This document shows positions 42,445 through 55,081 of a DNA stretch of 64,000 bases, in pieces. A program made the translations under genes and the position numbers. How positions within the stretch are numbered: position 1 is the stretch's first letter; each line of letters begins with the position of its first letter. Source of the stretch: a virus; IMG/VR virus record IMGVR_UViG_3300012931_000015, positions 64,001 through 128,000 of that record. The stretch is one strand, 5' to 3'. The notes under the pieces were generated by a model, which made no database searches, had not been told where the DNA came from, and was given only the letters and a program-made list of their open reading frames with translations.

Positions 42445-44330
42445 CGCTCATGCTAATTAGTAATTCAAACCATAAAAGGTTAAAAACACGAATTCTTTAT
42501 TTAACTTTAATTGAATACTGAATTTTTAAAACATTTTTTGTAAAATATACACATGTTTTATCTTTGTTTATTCTTGCTATTTCTTTTCCAGAACCATCTT
42601 TAAAAACGCCTTTATTATCTGAAAGAAATTCTAATCCCCAAATAGATAATAAACAATTCTTTAATTTTTTTACTGGTGTGTAAGATAATTTAATCTCTAG
42701 TTCATCTTCTTCTACAACTTCATTTGCATAATACTCTTTTTTCATAGGTTTTCTCCTTTTATATTTGTATCATTCATCTATTTCAAAGTCAACTACTATT
42801 GTCTTTTTAAATTTAAACTCAAAAGACTTATCTAACACACAAATTTTAAAGTTGTGTTTATCAACTTCATTATTATATTTTTTTAGATACTCGTAACACT
42901 TAACCTTTACGTTGTGCATAAAAGTAGGTTTGAAGTTTAATTTTTCATCAAATATATAATATCTAGGATACTTGTGTTCCATTATCAAAATACCATTATA
43001 CTTCATATCAACAGTAATTTCATCTGAATAGCTTATATCATAATTCTCTATTATATTACTATTTTCTTCTTGTTTTATTTTTCTATTTATTTCATCTAAT
43101 CTTCTTTCATTTTCTAACCAAGATATATTTCTTTTCTCATTTACATTATCACATTCAGAAAGGCATTCGTTACAATCTGAATGTTTTCCACACAACTGAA
43201 ATAATTTTGCATCGCTCATATTTTCTCCTTATTTCTTACTGCCATAGTATAATTTCCATCAGCAGATAATTTATCCAGTCTATTAGCTTCACCTTCTATT
43301 TCAATAGCAAAGTCTTTTTTAGATATTGTATCCTGATGATATGTATTATATTTTTTGCATTCATTAGAGTTACATTTTATTTCTTCACATTTGTAACAAG
43401 GGGATATTATTTTTAAAGGTTTTTCTGTCATAACTATTTCTCTTTATTTAATTTTGAAAAGTGAAATCTATCACCAATATTATATTGTTCTTTAGTGTAT
43501 AATACTAATGTTAGTTTATGAATATCACCGCCCTGATAATAGTAAGAATCATTTGATTCTACATATTCCTTCCGATAATGTATAAAAGTTACTTCATTTA
43601 CTTTTACAGAATCAACTTCAACTTGTGTGATACCAACTACCATAAAATAATCATTATCATATAGCTTTAAAGATTCCTTTGCATCACAACCAATAAAGAA
43701 TAAAATAACAACAAATAAAAACACTAATTTTTTCATAATATCTCCTTCTAATTATTTAAATATAAAATTTTTTAATCTTATTATCTGTATCTGGATATTC
43801 TTTTTCTTCTGCTAATAACTGAATAGTATTTAGTTGTCTATCAGAGCTAAAACCATAATCCTTATCTGTTAAATTATTTTTAACTTTTTCATAAGCTTCA
43901 GTTTCATTTTCAGCCACAACATAAAAATTGAAAGAAAATTTTTGACAAGTAACTAAATATAGTTTTTTCATTTACTTTCTCCTGCTTTTATTGCCCCTAA
44001 GTAAAAATCAAGTAATTCCTTACCAATATAGCAATTAAACTCACCAAAGTCAATACCGATGTATTTTACTACTTGACCTTCAAATCCCTTGTGGTAATCA
44101 TATTCACCTGATCCAATTTTTAGCTTTACAGCATGATTCCAAGTATCAAGTTCAAAAAATAAATCTTTTGTATATTGTAGTTTTACCCAGTTACCATGTT
44201 TTTTACTCTGCATCTCACCGTTTTTGCAAAGATAGTTTACAAACTCATTGTAAAGTTTTTTGATTTCCTCATCACTTTCATAATTAATGTTGTTCACAAT
44301 TTTTCTCCTCATTTTTTATCATCCTTTTTG

Positions 44331-45782
44331 CAAGGAAGCCCACGATTTTTGTCAAAGAATGAATTACATATTAAATATGTAACTTATTTAAGATTATTTG
44401 TCAAATAAATTTACAAATTTTTTAACTACTTTAAAAAATATAAGATACTAATAATAAAAGAAATGTTTTAACTAAATTATTTTAGGTAAAAAATGAAAGA
44501 AACTAAAAGACAAAACATTATTAAATCTCTTCAAGAAACGAAAGAAAAAAGAAAAACTCAAAAATGTTTGGTTTTTGAATTAAAAATAAATTATTCTAAA
44601 TTAAATAAAGTCCAAAAAGAAACATTAAAAATGTTTTTTGTAGAAGCTAAGTGGTTATATAATTTTTATTTATCAACAGATGATATTTTTAATCAATCAG
44701 ATAAAATAGAAAAAGTTATAATTAAAGATAAAGATAAAAAGGATATAGAAAAAAAATTACAATATTTACCCGCTCAAGTAAAACAAACAATTCTAAAACA
44801 ATTAAAACAAAATGTTTATAATTTAAGCAGAGCTAAAAAGAAAAATAATAAAGTTGGTAAATTAAAATTTAAATCTGAAATTAATTCTATTGATTTTAAT
44901 CAATATGGTAATACTCATAGAATAATAAATAATAATTTATTTAAAATTGGGAGAATAAAAAAATATATTAAAGTTCACGGTCTAAATCAAATCAAACCAG
45001 AATATGAGATTGCAAATGCAAAATTAATAAAAAAAGCAAGTGGGTATTATATTAAATTAACTTGTTTTGAAAATTTGAATAGTAAAGATTTTAACTTTAT
45101 AAATAATAAAAAAGGAGATGTAGGAATTGATTTTGGAATTAAAGATAATATTGTAACATCTGATGGAGAGTTTTTTAATATAAAAATTCAAGAAGATGAA
45201 CACTTAAAAAGATTGCAAAGAAAATTTGCAAGACAAAAAAAAGGTTCAAAGAATTTTTATAAAACAAAACAAAAAATTAAAAGATGTTATGAAAAAATAT
45301 CTAATAAAAAACAAGATCAAGTAAATAAATTAGTAAATTATCTTTGTACTAGTTACACATCAATTTATATGCAAGATGAGAATTTAAAAGGGTGGCATTT
45401 AGGGCTGTTTGGGAAACAAGTTCAGCATTCAGCATTAGGAAGTATAAAACAAAAACTTTTTAAACAAAAAAATGTAATAATTATTAATAGGTTTGAACCT
45501 ACAACAAAACTTTGTCATGAATGCGGAGCTATTAATAAAGATATAAAACTATCTGATAGAATTTTTAAATGTGCCTGTGGTTATGAAGAACACAGAGATA
45601 TTAAATCTGCTAAAACAATCAGATTTATAGGTAGATTTAAAAATAATTATATACCTACGGAACATAGGGATTTTAAGCCTGTGGAGAAATAAACCTCTAC
45701 TTTTTAGTGAATTTTTTCATTTAAAAGCAAGTTATGTTTCAATGAAACAGGAAGCTCATGAATTTATTCGTGGGTAGTTCAC
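44331..45782 (+). mobile_element. Non-autonomous IS200/IS605-family element (tnpB only)
   Basis: Left end CAAGGAAGCCCACGA..., right-end hairpin GCTCATGAAT/ATTCGTGGGT then AGTTCAC; removal restores an uninterrupted gene junction. Confidence 0.8.
44493..45692 (+). CDS. tnpB: TnpB RNA-guided endonuclease
   Basis: GIDFGIK (RuvC-I), MQDENL (RuvC-II region), TTKLCHECG...CACG zinc finger, HRD (RuvC-III). Confidence 0.92.
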   Translation: MKETKRQNIIKSLQETKEKRKTQKCLVFELKINYSKLNKVQKETLKMFFVEAKWLYNFYLSTDDIFNQSDKIEKVIIKDKDKKDIEKKLQYLPAQVKQTILKQLKQNVYNLSRAKKKNNKVGKLKFKSEINSIDFNQYGNTHRIINNNLFKIGRIKKYIKVHGLNQIKPEYEIANAKLIKKASGYYIKLTCFENLNSKDFNFINNKKGDVGIDFGIKDNIVTSDGEFFNIKIQEDEHLKRLQRKFARQKKGSKNFYKTKQKIKRCYEKISNKKQDQVNKLVNYLCTSYTSIYMQDENLKGWHLGLFGKQVQHSALGSIKQKLFKQKNVIIINRFEPTTKLCHECGAINKDIKLSDRIFKCACGYEEHRDIKSAKTIRFIGRFKNNYIPTEHRDFKPVEK

Positions 45783-45800
45783 CAATTATAGCGCATTCCT
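45640..45800 (+). ncRNA. Predicted TnpB omegaRNA (scaffold plus guide); boundaries approximate
   Basis: Overlaps the tnpB 3' end and right end; guide would start at 45783 (CAATTATAGCGCATTCC). Confidence 0.65.
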
Positions 45801-46387
45801 GTATTATTGCTATTTATTTTACAATTATACCACAAATTTCTATAATGATAATTATTTGCTATCTTTTTATCTAAAGCTTCCATTTTCATTTTATGAGCTT
45901 TTAATTCATATTCATTAGCAAAACTTTTTATCCACGAAATACTTTCTTTCATTTTTAATAACTTATTTTCTTTATCTATTTCTTTCTGAATAAGCTTTGC
46001 TCTATGACGTTGTATAAACTCTTCTGTTATCCACTTTACATTATTTAGATATTTTTGACATTGGTCAATTGTTAAATACTCCATACCTGAAAATAGACCC
46101 CTTAAAAAATGAAAGTTCTGTAAATTTTTTTCAGACTTATGCTTTTTAGAAATCATCCATTCATCTAAATGTATTGCTATATAACATAATAACTCCCTTT
46201 CATATCCTACCCACAATTTAGCATTTGGATGATTTATAACAGATCGCTTAGGTGTAATTAGTTTGTCATTTACATATAATAAACTAGCTAGGATATGGAT
46301 ATTTTCATATATGTTAGCTTGAAGTCTTTTTGTATCAAGCATAGAAGCACTTTTATAAAAATCTTTATCTACTATCCACGATTGCAT
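45779..46387 (-). CDS. Pyrimidine-dimer DNA glycosylase/endonuclease V-like protein
   Basis: MQSW...SASMLDTKRL...E...HPNAKLWVGYE...HRAKL. Confidence 0.7.
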   Translation of the reverse strand: MQSWIVDKDFYKSASMLDTKRLQANIYENIHILASLLYVNDKLITPKRSVINHPNAKLWVGYERELLCYIAIHLDEWMISKKHKSEKNLQNFHFLRGLFSGMEYLTIDQCQKYLNNVKWITEEFIQRHRAKLIQKEIDKENKLLKMKESISWIKSFANEYELKAHKMKMEALDKKIANNYHYRNLWYNCKINSNNTGMRYNW

Positions 46388-46404
46388 TTTAGTTTATTTC
46401 CTTT

Positions 46405-46887
46405 TTAAATCTTTATAATTTCATAAGTATTGTATAACACATTATTTTCAATAAATCTATCATAACTTAATTTTTTTAAATCTTTATTTATATGTTTCAA
46501 TCTTACCATTGATTCCTTATAAGCACTTTCTTCTAATTTATTTAATTGTTCAACAAATATTTCAATATCATTATGAGTATAATACTTTAATTCATTACTT
46601 CCTAAAGTTGTTGCTGTAAAGGCGTGATTTATATTATCCTTTTCTTTGAAGTCCGGTCTCCAATCAATTTGAATACCAAAATTATATTCTTGATTCACTA
46701 TTATATAATTGTCTGTTTTGTCTTTATACTTAGATATTATTTTATCAATACCCTTTTTTATAGTATTTATATAAATGTCTAATGTTTTACCTATTCTTTT
46801 ATTATACTGCTCTACTGAATGATTTATGTCAATTATTTTTCTATTTTTATAAGCAAAAACTTGTTTATAATATTCTTGTAAATACAT
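46405..46887 (-). CDS. Hypothetical protein, tandem paralog 1
   Basis: Shares D..H....R, RPD, TT.L and EI.VEQ with the next ORF. Confidence 0.6.
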   Translation of the reverse strand: MYLQEYYKQVFAYKNRKIIDINHSVEQYNKRIGKTLDIYINTIKKGIDKIISKYKDKTDNYIIVNQEYNFGIQIDWRPDFKEKDNINHAFTATTLGSNELKYYTHNDIEIFVEQLNKLEESAYKESMVRLKHINKDLKKLSYDRFIENNVLYNTYEIIKI

Positions 46888-46890
46888 AGT

Positions 46891-47388
46891 TTATATTTTT
46901 ACCTCTTTAAAATCTTTATAAGACTGCCCGTCTTCAAAATACAAATTAAACCATCTATCAATATAACTGTTCTCTTTGAAGTATCTAACTTTTTTATAGA
47001 ATCCTATTTTATTCTGTTCAACTATTATCTCAATTTCATTTTTTAAATTATGTTCATGTTCCGAGTTTTTAAGAACGGTTGTTATTACTGCAATCAATTT
47101 GTTTTTGTTGTGTCTATCTGGTCTTATTTCAATTGGAACTTTAAGATCATATTTTTTATTTATAAATACATAATTTTCCGCATAACTCTTTAAATTATCT
47201 ATATTTAATTTGTCAAGACCTTTTGATATGAGCTTATAAAAGATAATGTTTTTTAATTCAGGAAATCTTTCATGTAATCTGCCAATGGCGTGTTCTACAT
47301 CATATATTTCTATATTGTTATGTTTGAATAGTAGTTTAAAATTTTCCTGTAAATATTTACTTTCAAATAATAATGTTTTCTTTTTCAC
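46891..47388 (-). CDS. Hypothetical protein, tandem paralog 2
   Basis: DVEHAIGRLHERF, IRPD, ITTVL, EIIVEQ. Confidence 0.6.
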   Translation of the reverse strand: MKKKTLLFESKYLQENFKLLFKHNNIEIYDVEHAIGRLHERFPELKNIIFYKLISKGLDKLNIDNLKSYAENYVFINKKYDLKVPIEIRPDRHNKNKLIAVITTVLKNSEHEHNLKNEIEIIVEQNKIGFYKKVRYFKENSYIDRWFNLYFEDGQSYKDFKEVKI

Positions 47389-48403
47389 AATTATCCTACT
47401 TATCTTTTACAAAACTAGCAAATTCTTTTAATCCTATTAAAGTATCTATATGATAGCAATCAACATATCTTTCAAGTTTTATAATTCCTTTATTACATAA
47501 TTCACTTACTTTCCCAACATAGAGTTCATTTATATCTAAATTTAATTCATTAGCAATTTTTATTAATTCTTCATTAATAGGTTGTGCTCCGTATTCATCA
47601 GGCGATGGTGCGCCACAATGTCCTCCACTTCTTATAACACTTCCTAGAATTTTTATTCTATCAGAAGGTATAGGATAAAATTTATTGTGTAATTCTAAAG
47701 CATCTTTTAATTTTAAACCATGTTCTTGTAATTTAGTGTATGCAATCCAATAATTCCAACTACGGATAAATATCCAATTATTTAGTATACCTTTAAAATT
47801 ATATGCAACTTCCCCCTTATATTTTTCAGTTTTTACAACAGTAATGCCAGCTAAATATAATTCTTCATTAATATAATCATCACAATCCACAACTCCGGCT
47901 AGATTTTTCATTTTTTGTCTCCATTTAACCTTTCAAAAACTTTATTAATACCGTCTTCTCTGCCTCTTTGGTACATCTCTTTTATTTTAAAATATATCTC
48001 GTTTGATTTCATTTTTTCTATTTCAGCAATAGTTGGAAATATAATTTCATTTGACATTTTTTCTCCTATTTGCGATAATTGATATTATCTTAATTTAATA
48101 TGTTTGTCAAGAAAAATTTTAACATTATTTACAATTATTTTAATATTATCATTTACAATTTTATATCCACTTCTTAATAAATATGAAACATAATAGTAAG
48201 ATCGTACACTATCACGTGTTTTATAATAAGATATTAAAGGACATTGTATAGTAATTGCTTTGTTTAGCTTTTTATAGATTTTGTTAAAACGATATTTTCC
48301 GGCAGGGAGAATTAGTTTGCTTTCTTGATATAATAATTGTATAAGATCGTTAAGGTCATCTTGATATATATTTGTGATGTGTTTTGAATTAATTTTGTTT
48401 AGT

Positions 48404-49003
48404 TTATTTTTTATACTCATCATATTTTTGTATTCCAAATACTATTGCATAAAGACACCAGATAAAATGATATGTTTTTTCCATACAGGAATCTTCCCAG
48501 AAATCAGATAAATCTAAATATTCTGAACTAAAATTTCTATATGCTTCCACACAAGAATATTCATCTTCCGCATAAGCAAACATATTTCGTATTTCTTCTT
48601 TTACTTCTTTTATCTCTTCTAGGCTTGTTAAATTATAACTTAACCAATTCTTATAGTATTCTATAATTCTTTCTTTAAATCTTTTTACACTAAACTCTCT
48701 TATACCATTACCAAAAACAGATTCAGCTATACATTTTTCAGCCCAATAATAAGAGTTTATTTTTAATTCTTCATTTCTGAAAAAATTAAACATATCTGTT
48801 GTTCTTTGAAATAAGTAACTACCATAATCCCCCGTAATACATAAATGATTATCCCATGTAATTATATCGTATCTTCCACAATAATCACCATTTTTGTTTT
48901 GTAATCTAATATGACGATTTATGTCATTATCATAAATTATTGTAAGCTTGTGATCTTTTACTACTTCTAAAAATCTTTCTTTTGTACACTCATTATTATT
49001 CAT
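48404..49003 (-). CDS. Conserved phage hypothetical protein
   Basis: 199-aa ORF with ITGDYG, DMFNFFR, YWAEK motifs. Confidence 0.6.
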   Translation of the reverse strand: MNNNECTKERFLEVVKDHKLTIIYDNDINRHIRLQNKNGDYCGRYDIITWDNHLCITGDYGSYLFQRTTDMFNFFRNEELKINSYYWAEKCIAESVFGNGIREFSVKRFKERIIEYYKNWLSYNLTSLEEIKEVKEEIRNMFAYAEDEYSCVEAYRNFSSEYLDLSDFWEDSCMEKTYHFIWCLYAIVFGIQKYDEYKK

Positions 49004-49500
49004 GTCATTATCCTTTTTTATTATGTTTAGGTACTATAACTTTTACTTTCTTAAACCAACCTTGATACCACTTCAAATATTTAATATCATAAAAAACAGA
49101 AGGGTTAGAATATTTTTCAAGTATGTTATTTTGTATAAGAATACGCACGAAAGAAGATTTTATAGGAACAAAAATAATCACAACTTGTTTTATATAATCA
49201 TTTATAATGTAATATCTTTTAATTTCAAGTACATTCTCGATATAGTTTTCTATATTTTTTATAGTTATTAAACAATTTCTCATAATTTTATTCCTCCTAT
49301 TTTAATGAAATAACTCTTTTAATATATTAAATACTCCTTCTAATTTTTTTATGTTTTTTATAAGTGTTTCAATTTTGTATAATTCACTATTGTTTAAATT
49401 TTTTAAACCTTCTTCAATTTCTTTTAACAAGAATTCTTTTCTTTCTTTTTCCTGTTGTTTCAGGTCTTCTTCATATTGTTCAGAATAATGACTCATAATT

Positions 49501-49746
49501 TCATTCTCCTTTTTTATTTCTGTTTTTCCAAATACCGAGTGAACTTGTTATAAAATAAACACTAAACATAAATGCCGGAGAATAATGTTTAAAATATAAA
49601 TTATATCCTACCCAGAAAAAATTAGAAATTACCCATAAGATAAAAGCAATAAATCTGTATTTTCTATTTATGCTTGTTACTAGAAAATTTCCTATCAAAG
49701 AAACAGCAATAAAAATCCATGAGATATATTCTAAAATTTCTTTCAT
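49501..49746 (-). CDS. Small 3-TM membrane protein (PnuC/SemiSWEET-like)
   Basis: Three hydrophobic segments; LW.ISN..W and GIW pattern. Confidence 0.45.
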   Translation of the reverse strand: MKEILEYISWIFIAVSLIGNFLVTSINRKYRFIAFILWVISNFFWVGYNLYFKHYSPAFMFSVYFITSSLGIWKNRNKKGE

Positions 49747-51893
49747 TATTTTTTTACCTTTTTCTTATTTTTATTTATTTTCTTTAATTCTTTTTCTAGT
49801 ATTTTCTTATCTTCTTCGGATAACCCATTGTAAGCATCATTTACAACTTTACAAATTATATTCCCTAATTTTAAATACATTGTTGCTATTTTTTGCCAAG
49901 CTGTTTTTATTGCTTCTATATCTTTTTCGCTCAATTTATTTATTTTTTCTTTTTCCATACTTTTTACCTTTTTAAAATAATTTATATTTTGTAATTAATT
50001 CATGTATAATATAAATCATAACCGCATTTATTCCTATAAAAATTACAAAGTCTTGAATATATTTTGTGAAGATCAGTTTTTTATGTCTTAATTGAAAAAA
50101 CCCTACCATAAATAAACAATCTAGTAAACTTAAAATGATTAAATAAAATATATCCAGAATCATTTTATCTTTCTCCTTTATCTATTTGCTACCATAGTTT
50201 GAAACCTTTAAATTTATGGGTATTGGAAATTAAACATATTATTTCAGTTAGCAACCCAATGTAGCCAGAAAGCCCAATAACAATTGCGCATTTCATATCG
50301 TGGTAATAATGTTTTTTGGCAAGTGTTGGGTATTCTTTCTGATAATATGCAAAATCCATCATATAAGCTAATAACCCTGAAAACACATAAAAAATTACTA
50401 TTAATGTTACAATCATTTATTTCTCCTGTTATAATTTCCACACAAAAATAATAGCTAATACTTCTAGTGAAATACAAAGCAAAGTAGAAATAGTGCTTGT
50501 TATCTTTTCATCTTTTTTGAGTAAGCCTAAATATCTAACAATTGCAAAACTTAACATTACTGTAATAAATATTTTCATAATTTCTCCTTTTCACCATTTC
50601 CTCTGTTTAAACTCACTACAAAAAGTAATGCTTTTTAATTCGATTTTATCTTTATCATCAAGCCATTCCACAAACTTTCCACATTTATGCTCACAATTCA
50701 TACAATCTCTTGTATCTCTGTTAAACTTTAATTCGGATTCAATTTTTTCTATAATTCTTTCAACAATCTTTTTAATAAAATTATCTATTAGCTTCATTTA
50801 CTACCTGCTTTTTTAAATGCACTGTAACTTTCATCACATTCATAACAAGCAAACATGTCTGAAACATGAATACAGTTATTACAGTTGATCCCATTATTTA
50901 ATAGTTTTTTAAGTGCATATATTTTTGATGCTTTCTTCTTTATTTCTCTTTCTAGTTTTTCAACTTTTTTAAAAATAGCCTTATCTCTTAACACTTTACT
51001 TCCCTTTCCTTCTAGGTGTACCCGTATTACAATGCCATATAGACACACCAGCACCTTTTAACTGAATAAAACTAAAGCATTCATCACATTTCCAATTATA
51101 GTAGTTTTTTAGTATATTGTCATCAATTTTTATTTCTTTTTTACATTTAGGACACACAATTATTATCTCTTTCTTTTTAATATCTTTATTCATAACCTTA
51201 TTATTTTCTCCTTCATTCATTTTCATTTCAATATGCTCCCAAAAAGCCATAGGATCATTCTTACAATTTTTTCCTATGTGCCAGCCATTACACCTTCTAC
51301 AATGATATACAGAAGCTTTTATACCATACTTTTTCTGTAATCTTTTTAGAGCTATGTATGCTCCTTCTTTTGATTTATGTCTAACTTTTCTTTCACAACA
51401 AATATGACGTTTAGGCATAACAACCCGCTTTCTTTTATTTCTTAAAGTTTAAAATTTTCAACAATAGAACCTTTTGGTAATGTTATTTTTATTCTACCTT
51501 CTAAATCAAAGTCGGTATTTAATAAATCTAATTCATCATAACTTATTTTACGTATAGAATAACCTCTCATTGTAAATCTTATATTTGGGATAACTAAATT
51601 GTTTTCAATAATTTCACACTTACTTGTTAATAAATTAAATCTTACAAAAGCATTTCCGCTTTTTACAAAACCTGTATAATACTCTTTATTATCTATTGTA
51701 ATTGTGCCTATAAATAGGAAACAACTTCCATAAGCTTTATACTTATCTTTTATTCCAATAGATTTTAATTCATAAGATCGAGTATATTCTTTCATTTCTT
51801 TTTCTTCAAATAACTCTTTACAAGATACAGCAAACAACAATATATTTGCTGTTACTACAAATAAAAGCAATTTTTTCATTATTTTTCTCCTTC

Positions 51894-52088
51894 TTATTTC
51901 TTATAAAATTTTATCCACAACCATTCATGTGTTGCATAAGCAATAGCATTTATTAAGTTCAAAACAACTGTCAACACTACACTCTTAACAAACCCTAAGC
52001 CAAAAAACATACCCATGAAATAACTTGTTATTACTGCTAATATTCTCCATGTAATTGACTTATACAGTATAATTTTTTTACTCGACAA
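51894..52088 (-). CDS. DUF2061-like membrane protein
   Basis: KSITWRI...Y..HEWLW. Confidence 0.65.
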   Translation of the reverse strand: MSSKKIILYKSITWRILAVITSYFMGMFFGLGFVKSVVLTVVLNLINAIAYATHEWLWIKFYKK

Positions 52089-52951
52089 AATCTTTCTCCG
52101 CTTTAACTATAATATTTCTAAATTTTCCGTTTAGTTCAAAATAAAAATACAATTTATCCTCTTCTAACAGTATAATCTTTTCATTTATATTAATAATTGT
52201 CTTATAAGGAATTTTATTAACTGCACAAAAATTTAACAAATAATAAAAATTCTTTTCCGTTAAAACTTGTTGTCTAACAGCACCAAAAATAAACCCTACA
52301 AACAGTGATATAACTGCGACTAATACATACACCATATTCTTTACTCCTTGTTATTTTTTATAATTTTAATTATCTCATAAATAGAAACTACCGGAACAAT
52401 AATAGTATAACAATACAATATTGATATAACCACTAGCAAAACAATTTTAATCGACATAAAAGCTTTACCTCCTAGTTAAATTAAAATCTTATCTCCAGTT
52501 TAGTATTATATTTTTTCTCATAACTATCAATTGCATCTGCTAAATATCTTTTAGAATTATCTAAGTTCTGATATTTATCATTCAAGAGATTGTCGATAGT
52601 TTTAACAATTCTTTCCAGTTCAATTATTCTCTCATCCATATATAACTCCAGTATTAGGTAATCTTCTATCAAATTTTATTTCAAAAGTTCTATTATTTAA
52701 ACTTGAAATTGATCTCTTTTCCACTTTATACCAAACATCTTTTAATTCTAAGAAACATAACTTTGATGCTTCCGAAGGTGAAAATATTTTTAAAGCTATA
52801 TTATTTTTATCTGTTACTTCTTTGAATAAAAACCAACAATTGTTTTCCCTTAAATTAGGGCTTCTATGTATTGCTGGTTTAGTTGTTTTTCTAATTTTAA
52901 AAACTTTGTTATCATCATTCAAGATATACATTATAAATCATTCTCCAATTT

Positions 52952-53818
52952 TTATTTTCTTTTATAAATTACTTTCGTCATTAAACAAGTATTATTTTGC
53001 TCACAAAATCTATCTCCAAAAGTATAATCATTATAGTATTTTTCATTCACTATATCATAAGGACACTGTATTAATTTATACCCTATAAAATAATTAGCAA
53101 ATCTACATTTATTTATATTACTACATAAGGTACTCTCAAACACCCCTCTTTTAGAAATATGAATTTCACAGTTACCTTCGTATTTCTTTAAAAATTCATG
53201 AACTAACTCTTTATACCCGATCAGAGGCATTGTTAAGTTTGTATCTTCAAAAAAATCACCTTTATCAAGCTCTCTATAACTTGAAATAAAAAATACTTTA
53301 CTATCAAATTTTTTCTCAAAGTAATCACAAGCACTTAATAAATCATCAACTTTTGTTTTTTTGGAAACCATAAAATTTGGTTCTATTTTGTTTCGTACAG
53401 AAGGTATATTATAATTAGGTTTTATATTTAAATAATTTTTAGTTAAAGAATCTATTGATAATCTTATTTTTGCTTTTCCTATACTTGAATTATCATTTTT
53501 AATATTTTTTATTTCTAATCCATTTGTATAGATAGTTGTTTTAAGCTTATAACTTTCATTTATATTAATAAAATCTTCTATTTGAGGATGAAGTAAAGGT
53601 TCACCTCCTAATAAATTTATTTGTTGAACACCTTTTTTAACTGCATCTTCAATACAAGATTTATATTCTTTTATATGAATATCAGAATTTTTATCTTTTA
53701 TAATATTTCTTACAAAACAACCTTTACAGGATAACTGACATTTGTTTGTTATAAATATTTGAAGAGTATTTCTAGTTTTTACTGGAAGTTCAATATAATC
53801 TGTCCACGGAAAATACAT
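52952..53818 (-). CDS. Radical SAM protein
   Basis: CQLSCKGC, GGEPLL, YTNG; C-terminal Cys cluster. Confidence 0.9.
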   Translation of the reverse strand: MYFPWTDYIELPVKTRNTLQIFITNKCQLSCKGCFVRNIIKDKNSDIHIKEYKSCIEDAVKKGVQQINLLGGEPLLHPQIEDFININESYKLKTTIYTNGLEIKNIKNDNSSIGKAKIRLSIDSLTKNYLNIKPNYNIPSVRNKIEPNFMVSKKTKVDDLLSACDYFEKKFDSKVFFISSYRELDKGDFFEDTNLTMPLIGYKELVHEFLKKYEGNCEIHISKRGVFESTLCSNINKCRFANYFIGYKLIQCPYDIVNEKYYNDYTFGDRFCEQNNTCLMTKVIYKRK

Positions 53819-55052
53819 AATTTTTCTCCTTTTATTTTAACTCATATATTTCTTCTATTTCTGCAATCTCATGTTGAAGTATATCAATTTGCTCTCTTGC
53901 ATATTTTATATCTTTCATTACTTCGATTCCCTTAATAAAATTATATAAATCATCGAGAGTATCAAAATTCCAAACATCATTTTTTTGACTTTTATACTGT
54001 TTTTTTTCCTACTCTACATATTCCAAATAAAGTATAATATTCTTCATTTCCGTGATATTTATGATCTACTTTATATAAAATTGAAGTTCCTTTAGCAATA
54101 TTCTCATTACCTTTAGTAACAATGTATTTAATATCTTTTTCAATTATGAGTTTTTGTTTTTGTTTTAAAAAGTTTAATATTTTAATTTTATCCATTTTAT
54201 CCATTTTATTTATCCTCTTACTATTAATTTACTATAATCAATAAAATCATGCTGATCTGTATCTAGCTTATATTTTTTAACAAATTCCTTTATAGAAATA
54301 ATAATATTTTTAATATCTTCATTGTTTATATCTGCTTTACTATAAAATAAAATATCATCAAATCGTTCTAGTATTGCTTTTTCATTACTTGTTACAATCA
54401 TTTCTATCATAATTTTTCCTTTTCCAAAATACTTTATTTTAAATATTTTGTCAAGATAAATTTCACTTAAAATATTTACTTTTTCTTTTTTTAAGTTTTT
54501 GCTTTAATATCTCAAGCTCTTCATTATCTTTCATATTTTGAATAATATTAAATATATCCATTTTATCTCTTAGTATCAATTCCATTTTTGCTTTTTCTAA
54601 TTCTTGATTTATTATTCTTTCTATTTCTTTATTACTTTGACTTTTGTAATTATCATTCATACTTTTTTATTATTGTATATCAAACTACTTTTCTATATTT
54701 AGAATAGCATGATTTATAACACCTTCACCTTTATATTTTCCATTATGAATTAATCTAAATTCTTCTCCTCTACTATGACAAGAAATAACAATTTGAGCTA
54801 CACAGCCAGCCATAAATCCCGTAATTCCTCCAGCACTTATATTATCATCCGCTTTACAAATTATTCCGTGTGTTGTATGAATATCAGGGTAATAACCTTC
54901 ATGTAAAGGAGTCAAATCCTCATCTAATAATCGCATTACTTCTTTTGCTACATCAACACAACACTTACCATAAGCATCTTGATTATTACTTTCCCATTCT
55001 TTTAATGCTTCTAAGTTATTAATCATAATTTATTCTCCTTTTATATAAAAAA

Positions 55053-55081
55053 TGTATACTAAAAATTATTGTAAAAGTCAA
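55053..55081 (-). promoter_or_regulatory. sigma70-type promoter
   Basis: TTGACT-17 nt-TATACA. Confidence 0.5.

Noticed and set aside
44493-45800. Cas12f or mini-CRISPR system
   Set aside because: No repeat-spacer array was seen here or elsewhere in the window, and IS200/IS605-type ends explain the locus.
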